Shown here: positions 53,001-64,000 of the stretch, piece after piece
Position numbering within the stretch: the stretch's first letter is position 1
How the letters are laid out: each line of letters starts with the position of its first letter
From: Tubiluchus corallicola
Lineage: Eukaryota; Animalia; Priapulida
Assembly (NCBI GenBank): GCA_030141605.1
Contig: JAQGDQ010000127.1
Span: forward strand, 503,832-567,831
Direction of reading: 5' to 3'
DNA length: 64,000 nucleotides
Notes under the pieces: generated by a model
Told to the model about the DNA's origin: nothing
What the model saw: the letters and a program-made list of their open reading frames with translations, nothing else
Database searches by the model: none
Made by a program: the position numbers and the translations under genes

Positions 53001-56000
53001 ACTTAAATTGTGTAAACTTGATTTGTGTAAACCCGATTTGAAATATAGTGACTGACTTTTGAAAAAAAACTTTTTTCTATATTTTATTTTGGCGGGCCCC
53101 TTGCTCTTTTGTCAATTTATTTTTTTTACAAAAAAATTTTTTTTTCGTTTTATTTTGCCGGGCCCCTTTTGATCCCGGGCCTTAGGCTTCAGCCTATTCA
53201 GCCTATAGGGCTATCCGCTACAGCTCATATGTATCATTTTTTGTTTTCAGGGTTTGATTCATGCAGAGTATGTGATAGAAATTTTAATAAAGAAGTGGGA
53301 TCCAGGTGATCCCAGAAATGCGAATGCCGTACCTACGGAATATAAAATTCATCCGATCCACTTGGATGAAGAGAGAAATTGTTACTTTCGCCACCAGGCC
53401 AGCATTAAAAAGGTTGTTAAATTATAATTTCATTCAAATATTGTTCATTTTCTACAGTGACATGCACAGAGCTGAAAGTAGTTGATGCTACTGATTTGTT
53501 TCATTAGTTGTAATTACAATAAGATTTAGTCATGGTAAAATTTTATTGTGTTTTTTGTATAAAATATTGCTGTGATACAGTAATTGATATATTCTTTCTG
53601 TATATGATTAATTTTAATGTCTTATCTCTAATTTTGGCAAGTGTATACTTTAACATTGTGGTACTTACTTAACAACCAAGCTTAGTAGAATTTCTAACCA
53701 GTCACACAGATTTGTAAGCTTTTGGCTTTTTATGTAGACTACAGTAGACTATACACAATTAGGTTCTGTGCAACTCAAAATACCATTCATCTCAGACAGA
53801 TTCGCTAGAAAGGATTTGTTTCTCTACATCTTAATGCTTAAAATAATCGTTAAACTCAGTATTTTCAACTCATGTATCACTGAATTTGGTGTTTTTAGGA
53901 AACTATTTTCGTAACACTCTTTGTATATGCTCTGCTTATCTCGGACACGCAGGAACATTGTCAATACAATGAATGCGCACTTTCTTGGCTATCCCATTAG
54001 TTAGAATGCAAAATTATCAGTAAATACTGCAGCATATTTATGCATGTGCCACGTGTGAATTGCTTTGTTTCCTGAGTGCCAGTAAGTCCACTGATTCTGC
54101 CAATTTAATAAAATGACAAAGCAGAAAATTCTGACTTCCACTGTCAGTTGGGCCTGACAGACTGTCTTTCTCAGTACATTTAGATGGAGTTCTTGTCCGC
54201 GCATGCAAGTGTTTAAACGTTGCATATCAAATATCACTGCTGATTGTTTAATTATGATAACTGGGCAGTTCCATCTTGAGCTGTGCTGCTGTGAGTGTGC
54301 AAATACCATTAGGGCTAGGTATTTTCTAAACAGAGTACTCAAAACAAATGGAGTCAGTCAAAAATTAGTTATTTTGAAACAAACTAAGTACCATTTGACC
54401 ATGAAAGAGGGTCCTGTTTCAATAAATATCTACATGATAAAGTACGTTCTAGTTTCTGTAAATAGCTACATGCAAGCATAGAGTGTACAACTGAAAAATG
54501 AATGCACAAATCTACACCTTCACTGAACTCAGTTTATCATGGAACTTGGACAGTTTTTTGGCCCCTAGCCATCTGAACTATGCAGAGTTTACATATTTAA
54601 TTGACATTTCAGGAAAATAAACTAAAACACGACCTTGTTATACCCCATAATTTAACAAAATTGATATTACAACAAAATAAGAAACAAGATAGTAAAAGTT
54701 TGATAACTTTCTAGCAATTACACTAAATTATTGTACTGTTCCTATTTGTAATTTAAAATCATTATAAATTTTCTAATTTTGATTTTTTATAGTTTATTGT
54801 ATTGCATGATTTATGCTTCATGTTAAACTTATAAAAACGAATTCAAAAATTTAACTTTGAAGCTATTGTATACAACGAGTGATTTTGGATAAAATTTGAG
54901 TTCGGATTATTTGATTTTCAAACTGTCTCTATGGCTGATTCTACGCAGGCATTGTTGGTCAAAATAAACGTGCACGAATTCTAACTTAACAAAAAAGAGT
55001 ACGTAATGAAAGATACTGCAAGCATTGAGGAGATTTGTCAGTGAATTGATATGTGACTGTCTTCATATCTTGATCTGACTGTTTATGATTCTGACTGTAT
55101 ATTATACATACATCCAAAAGTGAGTAAATTAAAGATATTTCTGGCCGTGCTGCTAAATGCTGGGTTCTGGCTTGAAGCTTGCTAACTGTATAAGAAAATC
55201 TGTATAGCAAAACATCCTGCAATATATGTTTCATACAGTCAAACCACATCGTAAAGGCCCCTTTATAATCCCAACCTCGCTTGACATCAAAATTTGGGGC
55301 AAAACAAAATGTCTATTGTTGCATAATCATGTATGTATTAATACACCTCAAATTATAATATCCCAAAGTGGACGATATAAAGAAGTTTGACTGTATGTAC
55401 ATTTTTTAACATCACACACTGACGTGGTGTCCCCAACCGGACACATGCCTTGGTTATATAGGATTTCTCCAGGCTAATCTGAATAATTTTTTATATCAGA
55501 CAAGTAGAAATGGTGGATAGTAGATAATGTAGAAAATGCTAAAAATTGTAAATTCTAAATTGTTATCAACTATAATGCAGTTGATCACAATTTTACAAAC
55601 TGTCTCACAAAACTCTTGATAACTACAGGGCAGCTGAAATGTGAAGCTTACTGTACACAGTTTAAACATGACATTTTGAGAGTGGTCCCACAAATGGGGC
55701 TGCGCTGCACCACCCCACAAAGCCCGCGTGCAATGAACGTACGTAGTTACTATCTAGTACATTTTATACAATTATGGTCAACTGCATCATAGTTGAAAAT
55801 ATGATTCAGGCAATAAGTGCTAACGTTCACTCTGTTGTCTAAAATAGTAAAAACATAAATTCACATTTTGTGTTTTTGTTAGTATGATGTGCAAGGGATA
55901 CAGCATATTACTGCATTTGACATTAGAAGCCATTATCAGCCAAAAATTGAAAGGTAAACAAATTCGGTCTAGGTAACTCAAGGACTGTCACTAGCCTACT

Positions 56001-56606
56001 GGCAAGTGCACTGTTGATTTACAAGTTTGTGAGTTCATTGAATGATTTACTTAATGACTTATAGATAGACCATCTTATGTCACTTATGTTCTTTCATCCT
56101 GTATGCTAACTTAAATATTATATTTAGTGCAGCTAAGGTGACTGTTATAGCTTTCGAATCTATTAATACAGATCCTTGATAATGTGTGTTGGCTATTGAT
56201 TTTTAATTAACAAATTTAATGTAGCTGTTACTTGTCATTGTGTCAAGCAACGTTTACCAGCCATCCGGAACGTGTTATGCAATACTGTGTATAAACACTC
56301 TAACAGGAATAGCTGTAGAATGAATAATTTGGGTATGATAATTCAGGCCTGTTTTCAGGATGCTTTGAAAACAATATAAAATGTTACTTTTTTACCTATA
56401 ATGCACATGCAGTAACACATGATGCATTTTGACCAGCTTGATGTTCAACTTGAGGAGAAGTGGATTCATAGTGGCAAATTGGCTGTCTATTACTGATAAT
56501 ATCCTAATATTCATAGAACTGTTATAACAACTGTTGATAATTTTTTATAAATTGTTACAGGCTAAAAGAACAAATCAGAGGATTGAAAGCAAGTAAAAAG
56601 CTATGA
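44026..56606 (+). CDS. Stand-alone Schlafen/AlbA_2-domain protein (putative endoribonuclease), 7 coding exons, 263 aa
   Basis: Exons 44026-44198, 45248-45347, 47547-47689, 51283-51379, 53251-53412, 55883-55953, 56561-56606. All introns are GT-AG, phases match (2,0,2,0,0,2), and the total is 792 nt ending in TGA. Protein: MAVAGLNQNFYIKNVVVPFEEDQTHEFKGHR...SRYLNAFLNTGIGGVVYLGIIDDGVVKGIRL...RFVPV...RPHLLRTSKYCWCD...YVIEILI...YFRHQASIKKY...; the ExxxxEFK and AFLNTxxGGxxYLGIxDxGxxxG motifs are typical of Schlafen/AlbA_2. Confidence 0.88.
45674..47038 (-). mobile_element. Young, internally deleted hAT transposon (ZMYM1/TTF-zinc-finger type) in Schlafen intron 2
   Basis: TIRs caggggcgtcgtgc / gcacgacgccactg (13/14), perfect 8-bp TSD gtaatgac (45666-45673, 47039-47046). 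The transposase N-terminus (46353-46066, RSFQGQWFNDRSWLEY...AAFCFPCRVF) is joined directly to the hAT dimerisation tail (LKFVKNALRSTMSQTRLSDLMILAVE, to 45918). Confidence 0.95.
47812..48527. mobile_element. Degenerate hAT-like element with GGGTACCC subterminal motifs
   Basis: ggatacccgggtaccca at 47814; gcgggtaattaatcgggtacccgatggaaacacta at the right end. The left terminus is not resolved. Confidence 0.4.
48535..49642. mobile_element. pogo/Tigger-like (Tc1/mariner) relic
   Basis: TA flanks; degenerate TIRs tagtgtaacccacttataacaag vs reverse complement cagtataatctccttatcatgag (15/23). The minus-strand remnant LKFSNG...LQLRHSI resembles the CENP-B/Tigger FKASNGW..RFK.RH motif. Confidence 0.55.
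52508..53223 (+). mobile_element. hAT deletion derivative in Schlafen intron 4
   Basis: Perfect 8-bp TSD ctcatatg (52500-52507, 53224-53231); imperfect TIRs cagaggcggat / atccgctacag. Dimerisation-domain remnant SLKDDKLNNLSLMHIESDMLKKMDFSEIITDFAPRKIRKLKF* (~52806-52934); internal 15-bp tandem aacttaaattgtgta (52940-53040). Confidence 0.88.
55236..55393. mobile_element. Tc1/mariner-type MITE (158 bp)
   Basis: ta|cagtcaaac ... gtttgactg|ta: TIR plus TA target duplication. Confidence 0.7.
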
Positions 56607-58708
56607 ACCCCTACTCAGTTTTTCTTAGGTAAAGTGAAGATATAAAAGTAACCAAGTGTTTTGCAAGACCTAACATGACATTATTATCTCATCTGGTTGT
56701 GGAGACCCCCCTCAAGATTTGTGCTGTGATAACTGCTTCGTTGCAGCTTACTAAAAGTTTTAACAATGACCGCTGTGTGATTGTACCAGTCATAGATATG
56801 TCATTACTATATGCTTCAAGCACTATATTGCCATCTCATGTTAATTGCACTAAGGTAACCAAAAAATCTCATCTGTGCAGCATTGAAGAACCTGTTCCAA
56901 GAAGTTTTCTTATTTTCAAGATGTACATGAACTTGAAATATCAGTTGACCAGCAGCAGTTCTGGTCCAGAGAAGTTTGAAATTTGGGTCGTAGAACTGCA
57001 TGAAAATGGTATTAGTAAAGCCATGGAACATGTACAATGTGAGCCACATCTTTGTCAAAGTGGCACAACATGCTGTGAAAATGGGCACAACAGAGAGATG
57101 GCATTTATTTTTGCAAGTGTAGAGTTGGTTTTACAAGGGATTCTGCAAGGAAAACATCAGTGAATATTTTTTTGCAAAGACTTGATCATTCATATGGCAA
57201 TGTTTGCCTAGTTATAGTAGAAAACTGTGTGAAGCAGACTTTTGTGCTTCAAATGTATGCTAAATTGGTGTCACTTGCCTCAATAGAGAATAGATACACT
57301 CATCTGTGTCTGTGCACTTGGCTTTATTGGACATTATTGCAAACATCGTGCAAAGCCAGAAAAAATATGACTACCACAAACACTAAGGAAGAGTCACTAT
57401 CTCAATAAGTTCCTGTGCTCAGTGCCTGCTTGGATGAAAAAAGGTCTGCCATTTATGTGCAGATGGGCTAACAATGTGACATAACCAGCTAGACTGCAGC
57501 TTTTTTATGAAGCAAAGATACTTCATTAATGTATGAAACATGTACTTATAAACTCCATCTAATTCCAGTGCATTGATTTTCTACAGGCAAACTAGGTTTA
57601 CAGTACTCATGTGAGTTCCAAAATTATAATTGCTAAACCATCCATGCTATAGGCCTAGCATGGCAATACAATATCTGGTTACATACATACTGTACAATAT
57701 TAATGTGTTTGATTGTACAGATACAGTAGATAATTAATATATGTACTTATTAATATAATAATTAATATATGTGAACAACGTGTGGCTTCCATAAATAATA
57801 GATGCACGTAGTGCTTTCATAGAATAATGAATGCACACATTTATGGTTCTAAAGTGTAGTTCTACTAAAGTCGAATAATATAATAATAATAATAACCCAA
57901 CTTGATAATTTCCTTAGTTCCCAATGAGTTATATGGAATTTACTTCATAAATTTACATTGTGTAGTTATTTACTGCTTAAGTTTAGATCAGCAGAAATAC
58001 AAGTAAAACAATAGCATTTATAAAGATACAAATAAATTATAATATACCATAATAAGATGGACATAAATTACGATCTATTGTGCTTTGCACTTAATTATTT
58101 TTTGACTAGTATTATTACTAAATACATATATCTTACTTATGCCTTTCTCCACTGAAAACCAAAAGCAACCATGTTACAATAGTACATCTGATTCTAACTT
58201 TTACTGTACAGACACAAGTAAAAAATACATCAGAGGTTAAATATGAGCAGTTAACTGTCAAAGAGACGACACATCTTTTATGTGCTAATTCATACCTCTA
58301 TGAGCTACTTACTTTTCCTTACTTTGTGCACTCTTTTACAGCACAGTGTATTTATATAATAATCTTGCAACATGACTTTATTAATAATAAAAATGACAAA
58401 AGAAATCTATTTTCAATTCTTGATTTTGTGCACCAAAATCTTATTCTCTTTCAGTTTACAATTAACATTAAAATTATATTACGTCGAAATACAATATATA
58501 CTCTAGACATAAAATATGAAAACTACAAAGTAGCAGTGGGACCAATTAGTGAACTGAATCGATTAAATCAATTATGAAAAAGAAAACTAATGTCCAACCA
58601 CTAATACAAAGGAATGTCAAATGAACAAAAATACTTTACGACTTGCCATAAATTGCATAATTTATATAAATAATGTTGTTTAGTAGTAGTTTGTTATGTA
58701 CTTAATTT

Positions 58709-61700
58709 TTAACTAGAGTTATATTTCTCTGCTGCAATTTCAGTGCTGTCAACAAGCAGAATGGACTTTTCAATAGCTTCCTTTTGTAATTCCAACAGTT
58801 GCCTGTAAAATGCAAAACATTTGTTATTTAATTTTTGTTAAAGGTATTATTAGGTAATTATTGTAGACTATTTTAAACAGTTGTGCAAATATTTATTTAG
58901 GTTAGAAGCAAGCAACAGATAGCAAAAATATTCGGGGAGTAGCTGAGTCACAGGGCTTATGCTTACCAACTGAAGTTAAACAAATTGTATCTGATAGAAA
59001 CGGATGGCTCACCACCAAGAGAATTGCTAATAGATGGCTACATCTGTCATATTGCCTTCAACTGTTATTATGAGGAAGGATACATATATACCAAAATGTA
59101 GCTGACTCCAGTTCAAAGTATATCATCTTGCAAAAATATTCTTGATAATGAGATGGATCTGGTTCCAGCTACAACCATCACAATAATAAGCCCCGCAGTT
59201 GAATGCTGGATGCCAACTTGCAGTGTACCAAACTGTATCAAAAAATTTAATTCTTGTTGCAACCTTTCATTATCAGCTTCCACACAATGGACGAAAAAGT
59301 AAAATGAAAACTGAAGCTTTCCCTCACCTTCTCAATCTAATTACTTTGTTTTTTAACTCTTTGTTGTGCTCTTTGATAGCTGTTATTTGCTTATCGGTTT
59401 CTTCCTGAACACTGTTATCCCGTGACCATCTCATGTATAACCCAGTCCACAATTCCTGAAAAATACAGGTGCAGTTAGTAAAGGGGATTTTGTACAGATG
59501 TGGGAGATTCAACACTAGCTTTGTCTCATCTTAATTCCCGATCCAGTTAGTCTGGCACTTTACTTTCAGTAAACTGCACAATGGAGAAAACATAGTGCCA
59601 TGTTAATGTAATTGCACATAAAATTCATTCTGCTGTTTATAGGACCGTTTTGTTCCACGCCATTCTTTGAACACCAGAAATAACTTGTAGTTATGAGGCA
59701 GTCACGTTGTCATATAAGAACAAAGGAAACCTATGAATGTAACTTTTTTTCTAAAAATGATATATATCAAATATTTTAAGCTAAAACTTTATATATATAG
59801 TTTAATAAAATCATTACCAGACTCTGAGGTGCTACTGACGGCCAAATAACAGAATTGTTTGGCTCATACATAGGGTTAAGATAACCTTGCAATACCTCTG
59901 GTCTGTTAACCCAAGACCTGTAATTAAACAAAGTACGAGGCTTGAAGATCACTGAAGATACAATGTCATCCATACTATGCGTACTTAGTCTGGCTTTCAC
60001 TATCAAAAATATAAGCGAAAATCTACTGTCACTATACTATCATGGGTAAGAAAAAAACTGACACTACTTTTGGCACAAGGGCCAGAAAATATTTGCCTCA
60101 TAGTTCCGTAGGGCACTTCTGGCAGAAGAACACAAATTTTACTTAAAATACTTTTTCTCAAATTTAAATGGAAATTTAGATGTTTTCCTCTTTTAATTGG
60201 CTAATATGATAAACCTGTTTCACATTCTAATATTCAACAAAACTGAAGTTTCAACGCAATTACTGAGGTAATAGTTATTCCGTACACATTATGCACACTG
60301 CAGTTTGTTTTTATATACCGTACTCCACACTTCTACCAATATTAGCCAGTAAAGTACTACCTGCAGCCTGGAAGTGGTGGATTGTCTGTCCAGGTGTATG
60401 AATGCATTATTGAGGCCAATCTCACTCTTATTACGAGTACGAGGCCTGGTATTATGAATATAAGATTGACTGATTTTTGCAGCAGCATTGTTAGGCGCTT
60501 CATGTAGTCACAACCTGTAGTACTAAAATTTCACTACACACAAATATCAATACAGTACAAGACCGTTATAGCGAACATGGTTTATTGCGTACACACTGCT
60601 AATATGAACTCGCAAATCATTCATTTAACTAGTGCAATAACTTTGAATACAACACAGTCGCTTATTGGGTACTGTGAACTTTTGTCAGGCCCCAATGCCT
60701 GTATTACTATGCTTGAAGTATTACTCCTACTACTGTTTTATAAGCTTTTATTGCGTACTTTACCGTTACTCGTGGTTTGCACAAATTTACAGTTCAAATT
60801 AATTAATTTCGACAACCTGTCTCCGATGATAAAATTGTTATGCAAAGTTGTGAATAAGGGTCAAGTGTGAAAGGTCATTTTGTCTACTGCATAAAAGCAA
60901 TCAGTTTTATGTTACGAGCCATTCGCTGGCTAGCAAACAGCTAGTTTTATAATTTGCAATGTGAGGTCAGCAACATATACATACATCAGCAGAGCAATCA
61001 TATCATTGAACAAAGAAAAGAGAACGGGGCTTTCTCTTTCTGATAAATATGAAGTTTTACATGAAAAAAATCATGGTAAAAAGCCCCAAGTAGTCTATAA
61101 AGATAGAAATTTGAAGTACTGTTAGTACAATATGACACGTGATCGACAAAAAATAATTGATACTTTTGAAAGTCAATGCAATGCTTCATCAGCAAAAAAA
61201 TGAATAAGATTATCTAAAACTCGATCAAGCATTGCTAAGTGGTTCATACAAGCAAGGCATGACGAGTTGCCATTTATGGTGAGATTTTGATTGCGAAAGT
61301 GAATATTAAATCAGTTTTTATTTTATTTTTCAACTTCTGCTGCAAAGTAGTTGATAACATCTTATCAAAATACTTTACTAGTTTACATCCTCTATGAAGC
61401 TACACCCGTACCTTAATTTATATGACAATTATTAATACATGCTTGTCCATTCATAGTTGTATGCTTTAGCTGTGTATATTTAAAGAGTACCTCAGCTATA
61501 GAGTGTTATTTTTGAATCCCTAACTGGTTTGCTATAATGATTTTACATTGTAGTTAACTTTAAAGTGTTATCTTGCTGACAAGTTGCTATCTTCCTATAA
61601 CAGTACTACCTTTAGAAGTTAAGCAACATTGGGTGTAAGAAGTGCTTAGATGGATGAGATGTTTTGCAGAATCTAGAAGTTAAGCAACATTAGGTGTAAG

Positions 61701-63944
61701 AAGTGCTTAGATGGATGAGATGTTTTGCAGAATGATTACTTTTAAGTTCTGTCCCAGCAAAGTGATATATAAAATGAGCCAAACAACCAAAGTGAGCATA
61801 GAAGTGCCAAAGAACAGTATCAGATTCTAGCATAAAGTAACAAAATTTTATCATGTTAAACATCACAGTTTTAAATCACATAACTCCATATATACTATTG
61901 TACTATGGGTGAGTTGGGTGATTGTGTAACAAAACTGAAACAATGTAGCACTCAATATCAATGAAAATACTAATACACTTGACATTTTAGAAGTCCAAAT
62001 TATTGTAAGGCTCTGTTCGTAAAAAGCCGGCCTGTTACTGCAGTAGCGGCAACAACCCTCCTACACTCCGTACAACTATCTCTTTTAGATGCTGTCATCC
62101 CTGGGACACAAACATTTAGTCCTTGGGACAAATGTAAGGTTTTTATACCTCTGTTTGGCACATGCAACACCTACCTTTACCTCTAAATGTGCTGCAAATG
62201 CAGATGTCCATGAAGATGTTTTTCAATTCTAAGGAGTGAACCCCAACGTCAATAAATAATATCTTCATAATAGAAACACTTTTTAAGTCTAGGATAATGG
62301 TCACCACTCATCAGAATCAAATTATGTCAATTGTAATTGTACTTTGACTCTTAGATGCAATGAAAACAGCATAGTAATAAATACCAGAGAGAAACTGTTT
62401 TGCTTTTCACGTGAATCTTCTTTTTTGAATTTTCATCGTTGCACAGGAATGTACCTGAAATGTTTTCCACAATACTGAATATTGTGTACCATTACATACT
62501 ACCCAGGAAAACAGAGAACGCAAATTATTACCACAACAATTTTTAACAACTAAGATTCAATAAAAAATAACAATCCATGTATTTATATAATCCAAGTAGG
62601 GAATGCTTAAAATATAAATGTTATGGGATTTGAAAAATGTAACTTACCATATTGAGAAGCGTATGCATGCTCAAACAGTAAAATGAGAAACTGTGTGTTA
62701 AACTCAAATGAGCAGGGAAACTGTGAGAATATCTAGGAAAAATAAATGGTAAAAGTAAGATTCAATTAGTTTCACACAAAACTTGGTTTTAGAAATAGCA
62801 ATTGCAAATAAAGCTTAATTATTTATTGTCATAATATCAATATTGCTATTAATGAATAATGATGATACACTACGAACCCACAATTAATTAAATTTTGAAA
62901 TCAAACTTGAAAAAGAGGAAATGCAAAAAAAGTTTGGACACAGACTAAATTTGAAATAATGACCATTTTCCTGCAAGACAAATGTCAAGAACCTTATAGC
63001 TGAATTGGCTAGCTATAAGGGATGAACTTTGGGCCGCCTTGATTGGTATGGAACAGGTAGTCTAGAGGTTATGGCCTTGTAAGCAGAACTCCCCGATTCA
63101 AATCCAGGGTGAGCTTCAACTTTTTCACAAGTTTGATTTCAATATTCAATTAATCATGAGCTTGTACCATCAAAGTTTGTTTAGATTCCAATAAAATCAA
63201 AAGATACAAACAAACATTACCTGCCAAACACAATCGAGAAAAAGTAGGAACACGGGTGCTTCAAATCTACTTCTTACATTGCAAAAAGCAGATTTTCCAC
63301 ATCGATCTAGAAAAGGATGTCCAGCTTGAATCCATTCCCGCTCCACTAATGCTTCAAACCTATTATATATAAAAATCAATATAAATACTGGACACTTGAA
63401 AGTTCAAAACTAGTTAAATTAAAAACAGTACAGGTATGGTGCAGATTAAGATATACTTTCAAATAAAATTGTACTAGAAATAAGTAAAATGGCGTCAAAG
63501 AAAATAATATGACTCTGATTGTCAAAGAAATTACAACTGCTTATTCATAGAGAACAGCCAATAATGAACACAAATGTATAGCAGTAAGAGCGATTCTATG
63601 TAATAAAGAATTTAATGAGGATCATACATGTTATGTGAATCGCGAACCATATTCATACACACGAGATATGAATAGGAGACTGGTAAGTACAAAGCAGCAA
63701 CCAGTATGTTAATGAGTCAACTAACAGTACGTTGATCCAAATTTAATTTACAATGGGCCTGCAGACACAGGGACACAAAACTTTGGGCAAAGCTCCAATA
63801 ATAACAGATTAACCGATTATCAGGCAGTTTAAGATGCTCACCCATGAACTGTTCTACAATCAGGATCTAGAATAACTTGTGACAGTGACGTAACTTGAAG
63901 TGTAATATCTCTGCCTTCATTTCCATGGACCAAAACTGAGGCAC
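58709..63944 (-). CDS. MTMR9: Myotubularin-related protein 9 (catalytically inactive), last 7 coding exons; the 5' part lies beyond the window
   Basis: Exons 63944-63842, 63359-63221, 62732-62648, 62454-62385, 59917-59818, 59455-59328, 58802-58709 (TAA), GT-AG and phase-consistent. GASVLVHGNEGRDITLQVTSL..GFEALVEREWIQAGHPF..EAPVFLLFLDCVWQ..QFPCSFEFN..HAYASQYGTFL..SLWSWVN..VIWPSVAPQSL, then a C-terminal coiled coil. VHGNEG replaces the catalytic HCSDGW, as in MTMR9. Confidence 0.95.
60553..61550 (+). mobile_element. Tigger/pogo deletion derivative in an MTMR9 intron
   Basis: TA TSD; TIRs cagtacaagaccgttatagcgaac vs reverse complement caatgtaaaatcattatagcaaac (17/24, all transitions). Remnants KRTGLSLSDKYEVL (psq-type HTH) and YLKLDQALL.WFIQARHDELP..GEILIAK (CENP-B HTH) at ~61015-61300. 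Confidence 0.85.
61613..61733. repeat. Recent 61-bp tandem duplication
   Basis: tagaagttaagcaacatt(g/a)ggtgtaagaagtgcttagatggatgagatgttttgcagaat x2, with one mismatch. Confidence 0.92.
63050..63125 (+). mobile_element. tRNA-derived SINE head / tRNA pseudogene relic
   Basis: Pol III A-box-like tagtctagagg (63058) and B-box-like gattcaaatcc (63095) at tRNA-like spacing, followed by a T-run. The acceptor stem does not pair. Confidence 0.45.
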
Positions 63945-64000
63945 CTAAGATAGACAACATGATGTCATAAACTTAATCCTGAAAAAGACTTAATTCTAGG

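Noticed and set aside
56604-56650. Selenocysteine or readthrough at the Schlafen TGA
   Set aside because: An in-frame TAA follows after 12 codons and no SECIS was recognised.
63050-63125. Functional tRNA gene
   Set aside because: A/B boxes are present but no cloverleaf can be formed; kept only as a SINE-like relic.

Overview
AT-rich eukaryotic (invertebrate-animal-like) genomic DNA with spliceosomal GT-AG introns and many transposon relics; nothing prokaryotic. Three protein-coding genes are supported. (1) An intronless ENOSF1/L-fuconate dehydratase ORF (38071-39411, +). (2) A previously unannotated-looking 7-exon gene (44026-56606, +, 263 aa, reconstructed by hand from splice sites) for a stand-alone Schlafen/AlbA_2 RNase-fold protein with an intact ExxxxExK...D motif. 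(3) The last 7 coding exons of the pseudophosphatase MTMR9 (63944->58709, -), convergent with the Schlafen gene. ENOSF1 and the Schlafen gene each start just behind a splice acceptor, and I see no obvious promoter between them. This suggests one transcription unit (nested retrogene, shared 5' exon or trans-spliced operon) driven from about 35.9-36.0 kb. Positions 1-31 kb are almost entirely non-coding, probably intronic to a minus-strand gene, with one clean orphan 189-nt exon. Mobile DNA includes two hAT deletion derivatives with perfect 8-bp TSDs, pogo/Tigger relics, MITEs/foldbacks, two LINE fragments and a tRNA-derived SINE-like relic. All homology calls are from motif recognition, not database searches.
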